From Thermoproteota archaeon (lineage in GTDB: Archaea; Thermoproteota; Thermoprotei_A; Sulfolobales; Ignisphaeraceae): a stretch of DNA of 64,000 bases. Positions 49,646 through 58,610 of the stretch are shown in pieces (the stretch's first letter is position 1; every line of letters begins with the position of its first letter). The position numbers and the translations under genes were made by a program. The notes under the pieces were generated by a model that made no database searches, had not been told where the DNA came from, and worked only from the letters and a program-made list of their open reading frames with translations. The stretch is from contig JAUQPB010000003.1 in assembly GCA_030550585.1 (NCBI GenBank), positions 209,691 through 273,690 of the forward strand, read 5' to 3'.

Positions 49646-50265
49646 CAAGTTTCTTCAACCGGATAAAACTTTTAGAAAATGCTATCGAAAATCTCTATAC
49701 AATCCCAAGACTATTCTCGAAGAGAATCTATGGAAAGGATTTTAGATGCGAAGAGATTAGAAGAGGTGTTTATAGATGCTATAGCCGTTCAGAAGCGAGG
49801 CTAGTTGCATTGTACAGCCTAGAAGATTCATTTGCTAGAATAGAGGAGATGGAGTACATCGATTTTCTCACCCATCTAAAGAGATATATCAGCACCTTGG
49901 CACCGCCAGGCTGCTCACTAGTATCAATATCTAGTGTGACTCCCTTAAACCCTGATAGCTATTTGTCGAAGATAAATAGCAAACTTCAGATGAAACTTGT
50001 TGAGTTGGAGAGCGACAAAGCAAATACCAGACTTAGAAGCCTGGTTGAGCGGCTCATGGAAATTAGGAAACGTGTTCTAGGCGGGGTGATACCCATAGAG
50101 ACCTCTGTCCTTGCAGCAGTCATATGCCGAGACACCAAAGCACATGAAGATATGCTTGCAAACATGCCTCAAGTGAGCAAGCAGATTTTGGGTATCTCGC
50201 TAAAGAGTGTTAGAGACTTTGAGAAAATAAGTCAGCTAATCAATTTTCGTCAATGGCAAGCATAA
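49627..50265 (+). CDS. Probable N-terminal domain of a VirB4/HerA-like ATPase (see findings)
   Basis: Alpha/beta domain with a coiled-coil insert; ends ...LINFRQWQA over the open +1 frame of the ATPase. Confidence 0.65.
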   Translation: MVRKTLASFFNRIKLLENAIENLYTIPRLFSKRIYGKDFRCEEIRRGVYRCYSRSEARLVALYSLEDSFARIEEMEYIDFLTHLKRYISTLAPPGCSLVSISSVTPLNPDSYLSKINSKLQMKLVELESDKANTRLRSLVERLMEIRKRVLGGVIPIETSVLAAVICRDTKAHEDMLANMPQVSKQILGISLKSVRDFEKISQLINFRQWQA

Positions 50266-50272
50266 AACAAGT

Positions 50273-51355
50273 TTGCTAGACTCATTCGCTTACCTAATGC
50301 CACTCACCTTACCGCCTTCACAAACCATGGGCTCTGAGAACAGCGCTAACGATGTGTATATAGGCGTGGATCTGGTTTTTGGCAGGAGGGTGTCTTGGAA
50401 TGTAGAGACATCTCCATCCCAACACATATTGGTTGTTGGACCAACAGGTTCAGGGAAAAGCATAGCTGTTTCAGTACTGGCATCAAGACTTGGCAGAAGA
50501 TTTGATGCCCCGATAACAATATTCGATATTAAGAATGAGTATGGGGATTACATGAGGCTTTTTCTAGGTAGACCCTTCAATGTGTGGAACGTTATGCATA
50601 CCCCCATACCCCTATGTACCTGTGGTGACGATGAGAACTCCCTCCACTATGACGTGCATTTATTTGTAACCACAGTGAATAGCGTTTTTAAAATGCCCTC
50701 ATATACGAGAGAGCAACTGTATGACACTCTTGTAAGGCTGTGTAAACAATGCGATGAGGTTACATTAGAAGAGGCTGTGCCAAGCCATCTTCTTACAGAT
50801 GAATATGAGTCTCTCAGCACATTATTTAGCGTTTTCAAGGTCTATGAATCGCCGTATAATGCGCTAAACATGCTGTTGGAAAGAGACTCTGTCATAGACC
50901 TTCATAAGCTGTTTCTTCTAGATAAAAGAGTCTCTGCAATAACAATACTCTACATAGTGAAGCAGATATTGAAAAAATCTAGGGTATTTTTCGAAAGCAG
51001 AATCAGTAGGATAGTGGTTCTAGACGAGCTGTGGCATCTAACTCACTATGCTGTTGACGAATTTATGAACGTTCTTGTAAGGTATAGCCGAGGCTTTGGA
51101 ATCTCTCTTGCAATGGCAACTCAAAACATCGATGATTTGAAACCGTATACAGATTCCATAGTGGAGAACTGTGGAATGCTACTAGCACTTTCATCGGCTT
51201 CGCAAAGCTATTGGCTAAAACTGGCAAGGTATCTCAACCTCAGCAGAAAAGGCATAGAAAACGCTATGAGGTTTTCTAGCCAAGGCACAGGCGTGTTGAG
51301 GATATACCCACATGAAAAACCTTTTCACGTTTATCTAGATCCTTTTGATGAGTGA
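50273..51355 (+). CDS. VirB4/HerA/FtsK-superfamily ATPase domain (DUF87-like)
   Basis: VYIGVD, HILVVGPTGSGKS, FDIKNEY, VVLDELW and RYSRGFGISLAMATQN. Confidence 0.88.
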   Translation: MLDSFAYLMPLTLPPSQTMGSENSANDVYIGVDLVFGRRVSWNVETSPSQHILVVGPTGSGKSIAVSVLASRLGRRFDAPITIFDIKNEYGDYMRLFLGRPFNVWNVMHTPIPLCTCGDDENSLHYDVHLFVTTVNSVFKMPSYTREQLYDTLVRLCKQCDEVTLEEAVPSHLLTDEYESLSTLFSVFKVYESPYNALNMLLERDSVIDLHKLFLLDKRVSAITILYIVKQILKKSRVFFESRISRIVVLDELWHLTHYAVDEFMNVLVRYSRGFGISLAMATQNIDDLKPYTDSIVENCGMLLALSSASQSYWLKLARYLNLSRKGIENAMRFSSQGTGVLRIYPHEKPFHVYLDPFDE

Positions 51356-51359
51356 ACCT

Positions 51360-52031
51360 CTATTTCTCTATCCCAAGCTCTTCATAGACCTCCTTAGGTG
51401 CTATAAGCCTTGCGCCACGGCTTGCCTCATGCCTCTTCTTAAGCTCTCTTTCCTTCTGCTTCTTCTTCCACTTGTACTTGTGTGTTCCTCTAAGACCTCT
51501 AACAGCTAGCAACCCTCTAGCCTTCCTACCAGCAGAGGTCTTGCCTCTGAAGACCCTGCCACGCTGGCTTGGATTCGCTATCCAGTTTATGTCGGGATCG
51601 CTTAGTATTGCTGGGTGGTGTGGATCTACAAGAATCACCTCATAGTATTTGTATAAACCGTCTTCGCCAACATAGTAGCTGTTGAGAACCTCTAGATTTC
51701 TATACTTTCTAGCTGCCCTCTCCTCTGCTATAAGCTGCAGGCTCTTCCTAGGCGAATGGCCATATACACCCATTCTCTTTGGTCTCCTACCAGAGTTTGG
51801 CCGCGGCTTTCTCAGACCACCTTTTCTAACTCTAACCCTAACTACGACGAATCCCGGCTTAGCTTTGTATCCAAGCCTTCTAGCCCTGTCTATTCTAGTG
51901 GGCTTCTCGACTCTTACTATCGATGGCTGTCTCCTCCACTCGACTAACCTCATCTTCATTAGTTGCCCATGCTCGCCCTCGTATGGTTTTTTCCATGCAA
52001 GAGCCATGTAATGATACATCGATTGCGCCAC
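51360..52031 (-). CDS. rpl15e: 50S ribosomal protein L15e
   Basis: [29 protein letters not shown] and [11 protein letters not shown]. Confidence 0.96.
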   Translation of the reverse strand: MAQSMYHYMALAWKKPYEGEHGQLMKMRLVEWRRQPSIVRVEKPTRIDRARRLGYKAKPGFVVVRVRVRKGGLRKPRPNSGRRPKRMGVYGHSPRKSLQLIAEERAARKYRNLEVLNSYYVGEDGLYKYYEVILVDPHHPAILSDPDINWIANPSQRGRVFRGKTSAGRKARGLLAVRGLRGTHKYKWKKKQKERELKKRHEASRGARLIAPKEVYEELGIEK

Positions 52032-52120
52032 TAAAGCCACCTTTTTCTCTACAGCTTTTACACTGTCTATCGATAACTAGTTTTAAGCAGTAATGAAAAT
52101 TAGTGCCATGGGAAGGTTTT

Positions 52121-53341
52121 ATGCCCATACCAAAAATCTATATAGGGTTACTGGGAAAGACAAATGTCGGCAAATCAACGTTCTTCTCCGCAGCCACACT
52201 TGTCCCCACAAAAATTGAGAACAGACCTTTTGTGACCTTAGAGCCCAATACAGCAATTGCATATGTTAGAAGAACTTGTGTCCACAAAGAGCTTGGTCTC
52301 CCAAAATGCAACCCAGTATCTTCTCTGTGCATCAATGGCGAGAGGTTTATCCCTATAATTCTAGTTGACTTGCCTGGCCTAGTTAAAGACGCTCACAAGG
52401 GCAGAGGGCTTGGAAACAAGTTCCTCGACGCAATTAGACAGGCAGACGCCCTTATACACGTTGTTGATGTGTCCGGCTCTACAGATGAGGATGGAAGGCC
52501 TGTGAAGCCTGGGTATAGAGATCCCATAGAGGATGTCATGGAAATTGAGAGGGAATATGATGAGTGGATGTATGGAATAATATCCAAGGACTGGCCGCGA
52601 CTGGCAAGAGCCTTGGACACCATGGGCCAGAGCCAAGTGATTGACACATTGGCTCAGAGACTCTCTGGACTATCTATAACAAGAGCTCATGTGGCTAAAG
52701 CCCTTGCTGTCACGGGGCTGGAAAACTCTAAGCCATCTTCTTGGAGAGAAGAAGAGCTTAGAATGTTTATGAAAGCTCTTAGAGAGGTTGCCAAGCCCAT
52801 TGTTATCGCTGCAAACAAAATTGATGTCCCAGAGGCTAGAGACCTCTACAAAAGCCTTGTCAAGAGATTGCCGAACAGGATAATAGTGCCTGTTACAGCA
52901 CTTGGAGAGCTAATGCTTAGAAGATTTGCTGAAAAAGGCTATGTTGAGTACCTTCCGGGAGACCCAGACTTTGTGATAAAGGATAGGACTGCCTTCACAC
53001 AACAGCAGCTGAAGGGCTTAGAGCTTTTGAGGGAGATAATGAGAGAGTTTGGCGGTACTGGGGTTCAGAAAGCATTGAATAGCGTGGTTTTCGATGGTCT
53101 CAACAAAATTGTTGTCTATCCCGTTGAGGACGAGGATAGGTATACTGATAGCAAGGGAAATGTTCTTCCAGATGCATACCTAGTTACCAAGGGCTCTAAA
53201 GCCATAGACCTTGCGTACCTGGTTCACACAGATCTTGGCAAAAGATTTCTCTACGCAATAAACGCCAAAACCAAGCAGAGAATAGGTAAAGATTATGAGC
53301 TTAAAGACGGGGATGTGATAAAAATTGTTGCAACTGTGTAG
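52121..53341 (+). CDS. ychF: YchF/OLA1-like Obg-family NTPase with TGS domain
   Basis: GKTNVGKST, PFVT, DLPGLV, GRGLGNKFL, NKID and C-terminal TGS. Confidence 0.9.
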   Translation: MPIPKIYIGLLGKTNVGKSTFFSAATLVPTKIENRPFVTLEPNTAIAYVRRTCVHKELGLPKCNPVSSLCINGERFIPIILVDLPGLVKDAHKGRGLGNKFLDAIRQADALIHVVDVSGSTDEDGRPVKPGYRDPIEDVMEIEREYDEWMYGIISKDWPRLARALDTMGQSQVIDTLAQRLSGLSITRAHVAKALAVTGLENSKPSSWREEELRMFMKALREVAKPIVIAANKIDVPEARDLYKSLVKRLPNRIIVPVTALGELMLRRFAEKGYVEYLPGDPDFVIKDRTAFTQQQLKGLELLREIMREFGGTGVQKALNSVVFDGLNKIVVYPVEDEDRYTDSKGNVLPDAYLVTKGSKAIDLAYLVHTDLGKRFLYAINAKTKQRIGKDYELKDGDVIKIVATV

Positions 53342-53350
53342 TGAGCATAT

Positions 53351-53824
53351 ATGCAGGAAAGCGATAAGAGAAAAGCCCTGTTAACAGAAATCACATTGAC
53401 GACACTATGCCATGCTACCGAGGATTGCGACAAGGTTAAACAAGCATTGCTTAACCTCATCCCACAGGATATAGCATCCTCAGCACAGATACTTGCAGAC
53501 ACCATGAAGGGGTTCTACGGCAACACCATCACAAGATTTGAGCTCAGAGCCCACGGCAATGACGCGCAAAAGGTTTTGGAGCACATTGCAAAGCTTCTAA
53601 GCGAAAGCGATAGGAGGTATATTATAAGCTCCCTTGAGATTAGATATGATAGGAAATCGAACAAGGTGTTTATTAGAATAGATAAGCAGAGCGCCTATCT
53701 CAAAACGCCATTTGTTTCCGAAGGCGACGACGTCGTAAAAATCGTTTTGTCTTTTTCCATGCTGAGATCTTTGGATAGTGTTAGAGAGGTTCTAGAGGAG
53801 ATATTCTTTGGCCCAAAGAAGTAA
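53351..53824 (+). CDS. Predicted RNA-binding protein of the exosome/RNase P superoperon
   Basis: HATED..KV..AL, GFYGN.I and FIRIDKQSAY. Confidence 0.85.
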   Translation: MQESDKRKALLTEITLTTLCHATEDCDKVKQALLNLIPQDIASSAQILADTMKGFYGNTITRFELRAHGNDAQKVLEHIAKLLSESDRRYIISSLEIRYDRKSNKVFIRIDKQSAYLKTPFVSEGDDVVKIVLSFSMLRSLDSVREVLEEIFFGPKK

Positions 53825-54473
53825 GGCAAACATGCTCGTATTGTTTGATTCATGCGAAGACATTAAAAAGTACATTGATTCCGATGCCAATGCCGGGTTG
53901 ATTGGCTTGGAAGAGAAGTTCTTTGAAAAATGCAGAGAGCTGCTTCCATTAATAGATGAAAACAATGTTGTATTAGTGCCAAGGAGCTTGAAGCCAGTGA
54001 GCAGAAGATCTGTTCCACATGAGTCTAGCGTAGGAGGGGTTATAACATCTTACATACCATTTGATACACAGTCAGCCCGCACACTAGCAAAAATTCGAAG
54101 GTCTAGCATCATCCTAATCACGCCCAGCACCTTGAAATATGTGGACGAGGCTCAGATAAACTTTATGAAGCAATCACATGAGCGAAAATTTCTAGAGGTT
54201 GCACTAGGGCATTTCATAAAGATGCTTGAAGAGAATGGAAAGGGGTATGCACAAGTGGAGAGGGCGTTTAGAATCCTTGGAGATGTTATTGAGAGGGCTC
54301 TGAAATACGATGTTGGTGTTGTTGTTTCCGGTGCTGTAGAGCCTTATCCCAAAACGCTTTTCACTAGCCACCTTGACTTAATACTTTTTTCGATCGGCTT
54401 TTCAAAAAGAGAGAGGCGGATGGTGCTAGAGGTCTACCCCTTTGAGATACTGAAAATGATGTTCGGTGGCTGA
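53808..54473 (+). CDS. Divergent RNase P subunit Rpp30-like protein
   Basis: Conserved position between the RNA-binding gene and Pop5; ALKYDVGVVVSGA and C-terminal LEVYP pattern. Confidence 0.6.
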   Translation: MAQRSKANMLVLFDSCEDIKKYIDSDANAGLIGLEEKFFEKCRELLPLIDENNVVLVPRSLKPVSRRSVPHESSVGGVITSYIPFDTQSARTLAKIRRSSIILITPSTLKYVDEAQINFMKQSHERKFLEVALGHFIKMLEENGKGYAQVERAFRILGDVIERALKYDVGVVVSGAVEPYPKTLFTSHLDLILFSIGFSKRERRMVLEVYPFEILKMMFGG

Positions 54474-54476
54474 GCA

Positions 54477-54926
54477 TTGGAGGTATTGCTTTTCATAGCC
54501 GTTGCACTGTCTCTGGCATCGCTAGCCACATCCATCGTCTATGCATATAAGGTTAGGAAATATGTTTCAACACTTCTAGACGAGCTCTCCCTATCGCTAC
54601 TCACAAGGAGAAAGAGCAAGAGGGTAAAGAGATATGTTCTGCTAAAGTTTGTGTGCAACGATAAAACAGATTTGAAGAGTTTTGTAAACGGACTTGAAAA
54701 AACTGTAGCAAGATTTCTTGGAGAACTAGACAAAATCGACTGTAGCATAACTGTCGCATCTGTTTCAACAGCTTCTAGAAGAGCCATCATAAGGGTTGCT
54801 GGAGACTATAGATGTGTGAAAAGAGTCTTGGTAGCACTGTCTATCCAGCACATATTGTTTGATGGCTGTATAGTTGTCCCTCTGAGAACCTCGGGTCTAC
54901 TATCAAGGCTAAGAAAAATGCTCTAA
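54477..54926 (+). CDS. rnp2: RNase P subunit Pop5 (Rpp14 family) with an N-terminal hydrophobic helix
   Basis: KRYVLLK, AIIRV and PLRTSGLLSRLRK. Confidence 0.75.
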   Translation: MEVLLFIAVALSLASLATSIVYAYKVRKYVSTLLDELSLSLLTRRKSKRVKRYVLLKFVCNDKTDLKSFVNGLEKTVARFLGELDKIDCSITVASVSTASRRAIIRVAGDYRCVKRVLVALSIQHILFDGCIVVPLRTSGLLSRLRKML

Positions 54927-54937
54927 CATCCTAGATG

Positions 54938-55252
54938 CTAGGACCTCAGAATAGCTATTATGCTCTCCAAGAATTTTACAGCCTTCTCAAACTCCTCTCT
55001 GCCCCTCTGAGACAACTTGTATAGGGTCTCACCATCAGATTTTACAGTCTCTAGAAGACCCTCTCTAGCCATTCTATAAACAACACTGTATATAGTTATA
55101 GTCGATGCCTTTATCCCCATATCATTCTTCAATATTTTCACAATGTCGTAGCCCTTCAAAGGCTCTTTATCCATTAGCGCCTTTGCGATGTATATCCACA
55201 GCATTTCCACAGTCAGCTTCCTCTTCAACCTTCTCACAGCTTTTGACTCCAT
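54938..55252 (-). CDS. PadR family transcriptional regulator
   Basis: LWIYI...GYDI...TIYSVVYRMAREGLL...YKLSQRG. Confidence 0.88.
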   Translation of the reverse strand: MESKAVRRLKRKLTVEMLWIYIAKALMDKEPLKGYDIVKILKNDMGIKASTITIYSVVYRMAREGLLETVKSDGETLYKLSQRGREEFEKAVKFLESIIAILRS

Positions 55253-55358
55253 AGAGTTTTGCACCTCTTTTCAAAGCCAGTTCTTGCCCCGAATTCTAAT
55301 TAAGGTTTATATGTCTCTCTGTTTATATATCTCTGCAGAAATATTTGTGGTGAGAAAT

Positions 55359-56486
55359 ATGGTTAGAGTTGGAATTGTTGGTATTGGAAACATTGCAGCA
55401 ATGTTTATCCAGGCGGTAGAGTATTATAGGAGGTATGAGAGAGAAGATGGGCTGATACACCACGTAATCGGAAATTACAGAGTACATGATATCAGATTCG
55501 CATACGCTATTGACGTCTCCAAAAACAAGGTTGGCAAAGATCTCTCCGAAGCCATATTCGCCAAGCCAAACCAGGTTCCAAAGTACATCGATGTGCCTAG
55601 AACAGGCGTTGTTGTCAGAATGGGTAGGGTTCTAGACGGTGTTGCAGAGCATATGAGAGAGGATTTTGAGCCTGCCAACGAGCCCGAGCCAAGCCTCCGC
55701 GAAATTGTAAAAGAGCTCGAGGACAACAACGTCGATGTTCTCGTAAATCTTCTTCCAGTTGGAAGTGCACAGGCATCTAGATTCTATGCAGAGGCAGCGG
55801 CAAAAGCTGGTGTAGCATTTGTTAACTGTATTCCCGAATTCATAGCCAGTGACCCAGCATACAGCAAAATGTTTGAGGAGAACAACACCCTCATTCTAGG
55901 CGATGACATAAAGGGGCAACTAGGCTCAACAATAGTTCACAGAGCCCTTGCAAGCCTAGTCGCTATGAGGGGCGGCGAAATTGTCGAGTCTTACCAGCTC
56001 AACGTCGGTGGAAACACAGACTTCAAGAACATGCTCGATCATGGCAGGCTTCACAGCAAGAAGATAAGCAAGACAATGGCTGTCGCATCCACTCAGCCAG
56101 ACCCTGAGAAGATATTGGAAAACCTCTTTGCAGGTCCAAGCGGCTACATACCATTCCTCGGAAACACCAAGGTAGCATACATATACATGAAGGTGCTCGG
56201 CTTCATGGGGCTCCCAATAACAATAGATTTGAAGCTAACAGTAGACGACAAGGCAATGGCCTCTGCAATCCTAGCAGATGTTGTTAGACTGGCAAAGGCG
56301 TTGAGAGACAAGGGTGTTAAGGGAAGCCCGGACTGGGCATCGGCATTCTACTTCAAGTACCCGCCAAAACAGGCTAAAAGCGATGAGGAGGCTCTGCTCA
56401 ACCTCTATCTGAAGCTTGAAGAGCTTGGAATAGACATAGAGCCTAAGAGACTCTACTTGTGGAACTATCTAAAGCAAAAGCAATAG
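55359..56486 (+). CDS. ino1: myo-Inositol-1-phosphate synthase
   Basis: GIGNIA, LPVGS, GDDIKGQLG, QLNVGGNTDF and SKKISKT. Confidence 0.95.
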   Translation: MVRVGIVGIGNIAAMFIQAVEYYRRYEREDGLIHHVIGNYRVHDIRFAYAIDVSKNKVGKDLSEAIFAKPNQVPKYIDVPRTGVVVRMGRVLDGVAEHMREDFEPANEPEPSLREIVKELEDNNVDVLVNLLPVGSAQASRFYAEAAAKAGVAFVNCIPEFIASDPAYSKMFEENNTLILGDDIKGQLGSTIVHRALASLVAMRGGEIVESYQLNVGGNTDFKNMLDHGRLHSKKISKTMAVASTQPDPEKILENLFAGPSGYIPFLGNTKVAYIYMKVLGFMGLPITIDLKLTVDDKAMASAILADVVRLAKALRDKGVKGSPDWASAFYFKYPPKQAKSDEEALLNLYLKLEELGIDIEPKRLYLWNYLKQKQ

Positions 56487-56533
56487 GCTTATTACACCGC
56501 CAAGCCTTTTCCACTTTCTGCAGCAACTAGAAG

Positions 56534-56597
56534 AGATGATGATGCCGCTCCAAACAGTTTGCTAGACACAATATGAAGACCCCGCGACGAACTGATC
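56534..56597 (+). ncRNA. C/D-box sRNA (D guide probably targets 23S rRNA domain V)
   Basis: C ATGATGA 56536, C' ATGAAGA 56573, guide CCCCGCGACGAA, D CTGA 56592; D' is degenerate. Confidence 0.7.
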
Positions 56598-56637
56598 AAA
56601 CCACCTAGAAGATATCGCAATGCTATTACCTGTTGCT

Positions 56638-57813
56638 TCAATTGTGTGAGAAGTCTATGCTGTAGACAATCGATGGAAGTGTGCCGTGTATCACCCTAAG
56701 CCTCTCTATACGGGCATCGCCAAATCCTGCCAAAACCCTCTCCGCCACCTTGGTTGCCGATGTTATAAATACAATCTTTCTAAAGCTGTTCTCCCTCAGA
56801 ACAGCAATAGCTTTTCTATAGAGCTTCTCCAGACCACCTGGCTTCATCCTGTAGCCGTATGGAGGATTGAACACAGCTATATCCATTTCAACTCCAAACT
56901 CGTGCTCCAAACCCCTAATCTTCGGTGTGACCTCCACCATATCCCCAGCTATGAATATCGCAGAGTCGTCTACACCAGCATTCTTCGCATTTATTACAGC
57001 GCCCTCCACAAACCTCGGGTTTATGTCCACCCCTATATGTATCCTCTCCCACTCAATCAAGCTCTTCATACACAGCCTATCTATTTCATCTACTACCTGT
57101 GGGAAAAGCCTGTCCAGCATGCCGAGGTCTATACTCCTCCTCGCTATACATGGGATCTCCACACCCTTGCTAGCTAGAGCAGCCTCAATAACAACTGTTC
57201 CCCCACCACACATAGGGTCGTACAACCCGTCCCCAGGTCTCCAACCCGCTATTCTAAGCATCGCAGATGCTATTGTGCTTTTTAGTGCAGCTGGATGGCT
57301 GAAAACCCTATACCTTCTCCTGTGGAGAGATTCTCTCGTAAGCGAGATTGCCACAACCAGTCTACCCCCATTGAGTTCCACATAGACCTCGACATCAGGC
57401 TCATCAAGATTCACCCTAAGCCTAACACCCTTCGCCTGCATATAACTATCTATCACAGCCTGCCCCGCCACCCTACCTATATCAATACTCGTAAAACTGT
57501 GCTCGCCAATCCTCTCAGGTCTTATCGCAAAGGATTGATTGGGATCTATAAACAATGTGAAGTCTATGTCCCTAACGATTTTGTATATCTCATCAAGCGT
57601 AGAGACATTGTCTGCAGACTCTACGATATAATATATGTTGTTTGCAATACGAGAGCGAAAAACGTTTGCAAGATTAGCCCCATCAACATCTATGAATACC
57701 CTGCCACTCGACTTTTCGAGTATATGGGCACTGGCAAGCTCCTTGAGTTCCTCGGCAAGAACCCCCTCAAAACCTGTATCAGACGTGACCAAAAGCTTCA
57801 AGAGACCCACCAT
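56638..57813 (-). CDS. trm14: THUMP-domain tRNA (guanine-N2) methyltransferase, Trm14-like
   Basis: THUMP domain (FTSIDIGRVAG), SLHRRRYR, DPMCGGGT and NPPYG. Confidence 0.85.
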   Translation of the reverse strand: MVGLLKLLVTSDTGFEGVLAEELKELASAHILEKSSGRVFIDVDGANLANVFRSRIANNIYYIVESADNVSTLDEIYKIVRDIDFTLFIDPNQSFAIRPERIGEHSFTSIDIGRVAGQAVIDSYMQAKGVRLRVNLDEPDVEVYVELNGGRLVVAISLTRESLHRRRYRVFSHPAALKSTIASAMLRIAGWRPGDGLYDPMCGGGTVVIEAALASKGVEIPCIARRSIDLGMLDRLFPQVVDEIDRLCMKSLIEWERIHIGVDINPRFVEGAVINAKNAGVDDSAIFIAGDMVEVTPKIRGLEHEFGVEMDIAVFNPPYGYRMKPGGLEKLYRKAIAVLRENSFRKIVFITSATKVAERVLAGFGDARIERLRVIHGTLPSIVYSIDFSHN

Positions 57814-57817
57814 AGTT

Positions 57818-57874
57818 TGTCAGACAGCCACCGCAACCTCATCACTCGGTAGCGGTCGGGATTGACATCATCCA
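57818..57874 (-). ncRNA. C/D-box sRNA directly upstream of trm14
   Basis: Minus strand: ATGATGT, guide, CCGA, GTGATGA, guide, CTGA, then 6 nt and the ATG. Confidence 0.7.
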
Positions 57875-57923
57875 AAAGCTGTTTTACTCCAACAAGACTA
57901 ATAAGTATAGTTGCCTAGAGGCT

Positions 57924-58610
57924 CTATCTACACGAGATTATTTTCGTGCCCACAGCCTCCCCCGAGAGAATCTTCTCAAAGTTTCCGGAGTCAAACCCGT
58001 TGAAAACGACAACCTCTATACAACTTCTTTTAATGACCTGCACAGCTATGGGATCCAAAAGCTCGTAGCCTCCAGCCTCAAACCTCTGGCTCATAACCTG
58101 CTCAAGCACATCTATAGATATGCTGTCAAATCTCTTTGCATCTGGAAATCTCTTCGGATCTTTATCATATACCCCATCCACATCAGTTGCATAAAGCATT
58201 CTCCTAATCCCAAGCGTCTCAGCGACCACAGCCGCAACAGCAGCTGTTGACTGCCCCGGCTGAAGACCACCAACAACAACGACTTTGCCAGTGCTCCAAG
58301 CCCTCTGCACATCCTCTATACTCCTAGGTATGGGAACATATGCGTAGTCTCCAAGAGCATATGCAAGCAAAAGCGCATTGATACGCGCAATCTCGATTCC
58401 AATCATATCTGCTTGCGCATTATTCAGCCCCAATGCTCTTGCACATCTTATGTATGTCCTAGCCTGCTGCCCACCACCAACAACGACAGCAATCCTCCTG
58501 CCACTATCAACAGCTCTTATAATAGCTTGCACATACCTCTCGATAAGCTCTGGGCTATCTGGATTCACAATCTTTCCAGATAGCTTTAACAAGACCTTTT
58601 CTCCAGCCAT
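57924..58610 (-). CDS. pyrH: UMP kinase
   Basis: LLKLSG, VVGGG, QPGQSTAAVAA and DVDGVYDKDP. Confidence 0.95.
   Translation of the reverse strand: MAGEKVLLKLSGKIVNPDSPELIERYVQAIIRAVDSGRRIAVVVGGGQQARTYIRCARALGLNNAQADMIGIEIARINALLLAYALGDYAYVPIPRSIEDVQRAWSTGKVVVVGGLQPGQSTAAVAAVVAETLGIRRMLYATDVDGVYDKDPKRFPDAKRFDSISIDVLEQVMSQRFEAGGYELLDPIAVQVIKRSCIEVVVFNGFDSGNFEKILSGEAVGTKIISCR

Noticed and set aside
51360-51500. Basic C-terminal extension of L15e
   Set aside because: Typical of crenarchaeal L15e
56686-57865. Several long + strand ORFs (up to 185 aa) opposite trm14
   Set aside because: Antisense shadows of a well-supported gene, with atypical composition
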